From assembly GCA_003599855.1 (NCBI GenBank), contig QZKG01000067.1, forward strand, positions 7,647 through 71,646: a DNA stretch of 64,000 bases, written 5' to 3'. The notes below the pieces were generated by a model. The model was given only the letters and a program-made list of their open reading frames with translations, was not told the DNA's origin and ran no database searches. This document shows positions 63,983 through 64,000 of this stretch, in pieces. Source of the stretch: Gaiellales bacterium (GTDB lineage: Bacteria; Actinomycetota; Thermoleophilia; BMS3ABIN01). Every line of letters starts with the position of its first letter. Positions within the stretch are counted from its first letter, which is position 1. A program made the translations under genes and the position numbers.

Positions 63983-64000
63983 CTGCGAGCCCGCGTCGGG

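Overview
This is a 64-kb, high-GC (roughly 65%) bacterial chromosomal segment with dense coding on both strands and no rRNA, tRNA, CRISPR array, transposase or integrase that I could see. Several features suggest an anaerobic Gram-positive-type organism, possibly Actinomycetota- or Chloroflexota-like, but taxonomy cannot be fixed from the sequence alone. Those features are an LPXTG sortase-anchored surface protein, an actinobacterial-type DUF3618/holin-X pair, NrfD/NrfC/multihaem-cytochrome respiratory genes, an FTR-like/rubredoxin fusion and a possible selenoprotein.

**Main content**
- A tightly coupled minus-strand operon, nrfD-like -> nrfC-like -> trihaem cytochrome c -> small membrane protein -> NarX-type histidine kinase -> NarL-type response regulator (2417-7027), lies next to a secreted haem-domain protein.
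- The window is rich in signalling genes: two hybrid histidine kinases, a GGDEF+HD-GYP protein with an N-terminal Cys-rich domain, and a large GAF/HD-GYP sensor.
- An Orn/Lys/Arg-type PLP decarboxylase is paired with a GadC-like antiporter (acid-resistance-type module).
- Other transport and membrane genes include an ABC-2 exporter, CorA, a CPA2 antiporter and YidD.
- Further content includes a hydantoinase A/B pair, a cell-envelope glycosyltransferase cluster, and a DUF3467-glutaredoxin-FTR/rubredoxin-methyltransferase operon.

**Best candidate for a new system: a defence-like accessory patch (about 27.8-35.6 kb)**
- It holds an OLD/ABC-type AAA ATPase (Walker A GANNAGKS, IGPLR and IEQPELHLHP motifs, plus an inserted Cys cluster).
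- That ATPase is translationally linked to a 145-aa unknown protein and followed by a terminator.
- Next comes a compositionally distinct, lower-GC standalone PD-(D/E)xK nuclease + DUF2075 (Schlafen-like SF1 helicase) gene, then a cold-shock gene and a VapBC toxin-antitoxin pair.

**Other notable signals**
- An in-frame TGA inside a DUF1573-like lipoprotein gene is followed exactly 11 nt later by a SECIS-like hairpin, so it is either a candidate selenoprotein or a pseudogene.
- A 100-nt element with two nested perfect 9-bp helices lies in an ORF-free, AT-rich region upstream of the respiratory operon.
- Duplicated small Cys-rich proteins flank corA and a methyltransferase gene.
- Two paralogous NapH/FixG-like polyferredoxin membrane proteins are present, one sitting beside a PCYCGC lipoprotein.

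Many long antisense ORFs in the six-frame track are GC-driven artefacts and were rejected.
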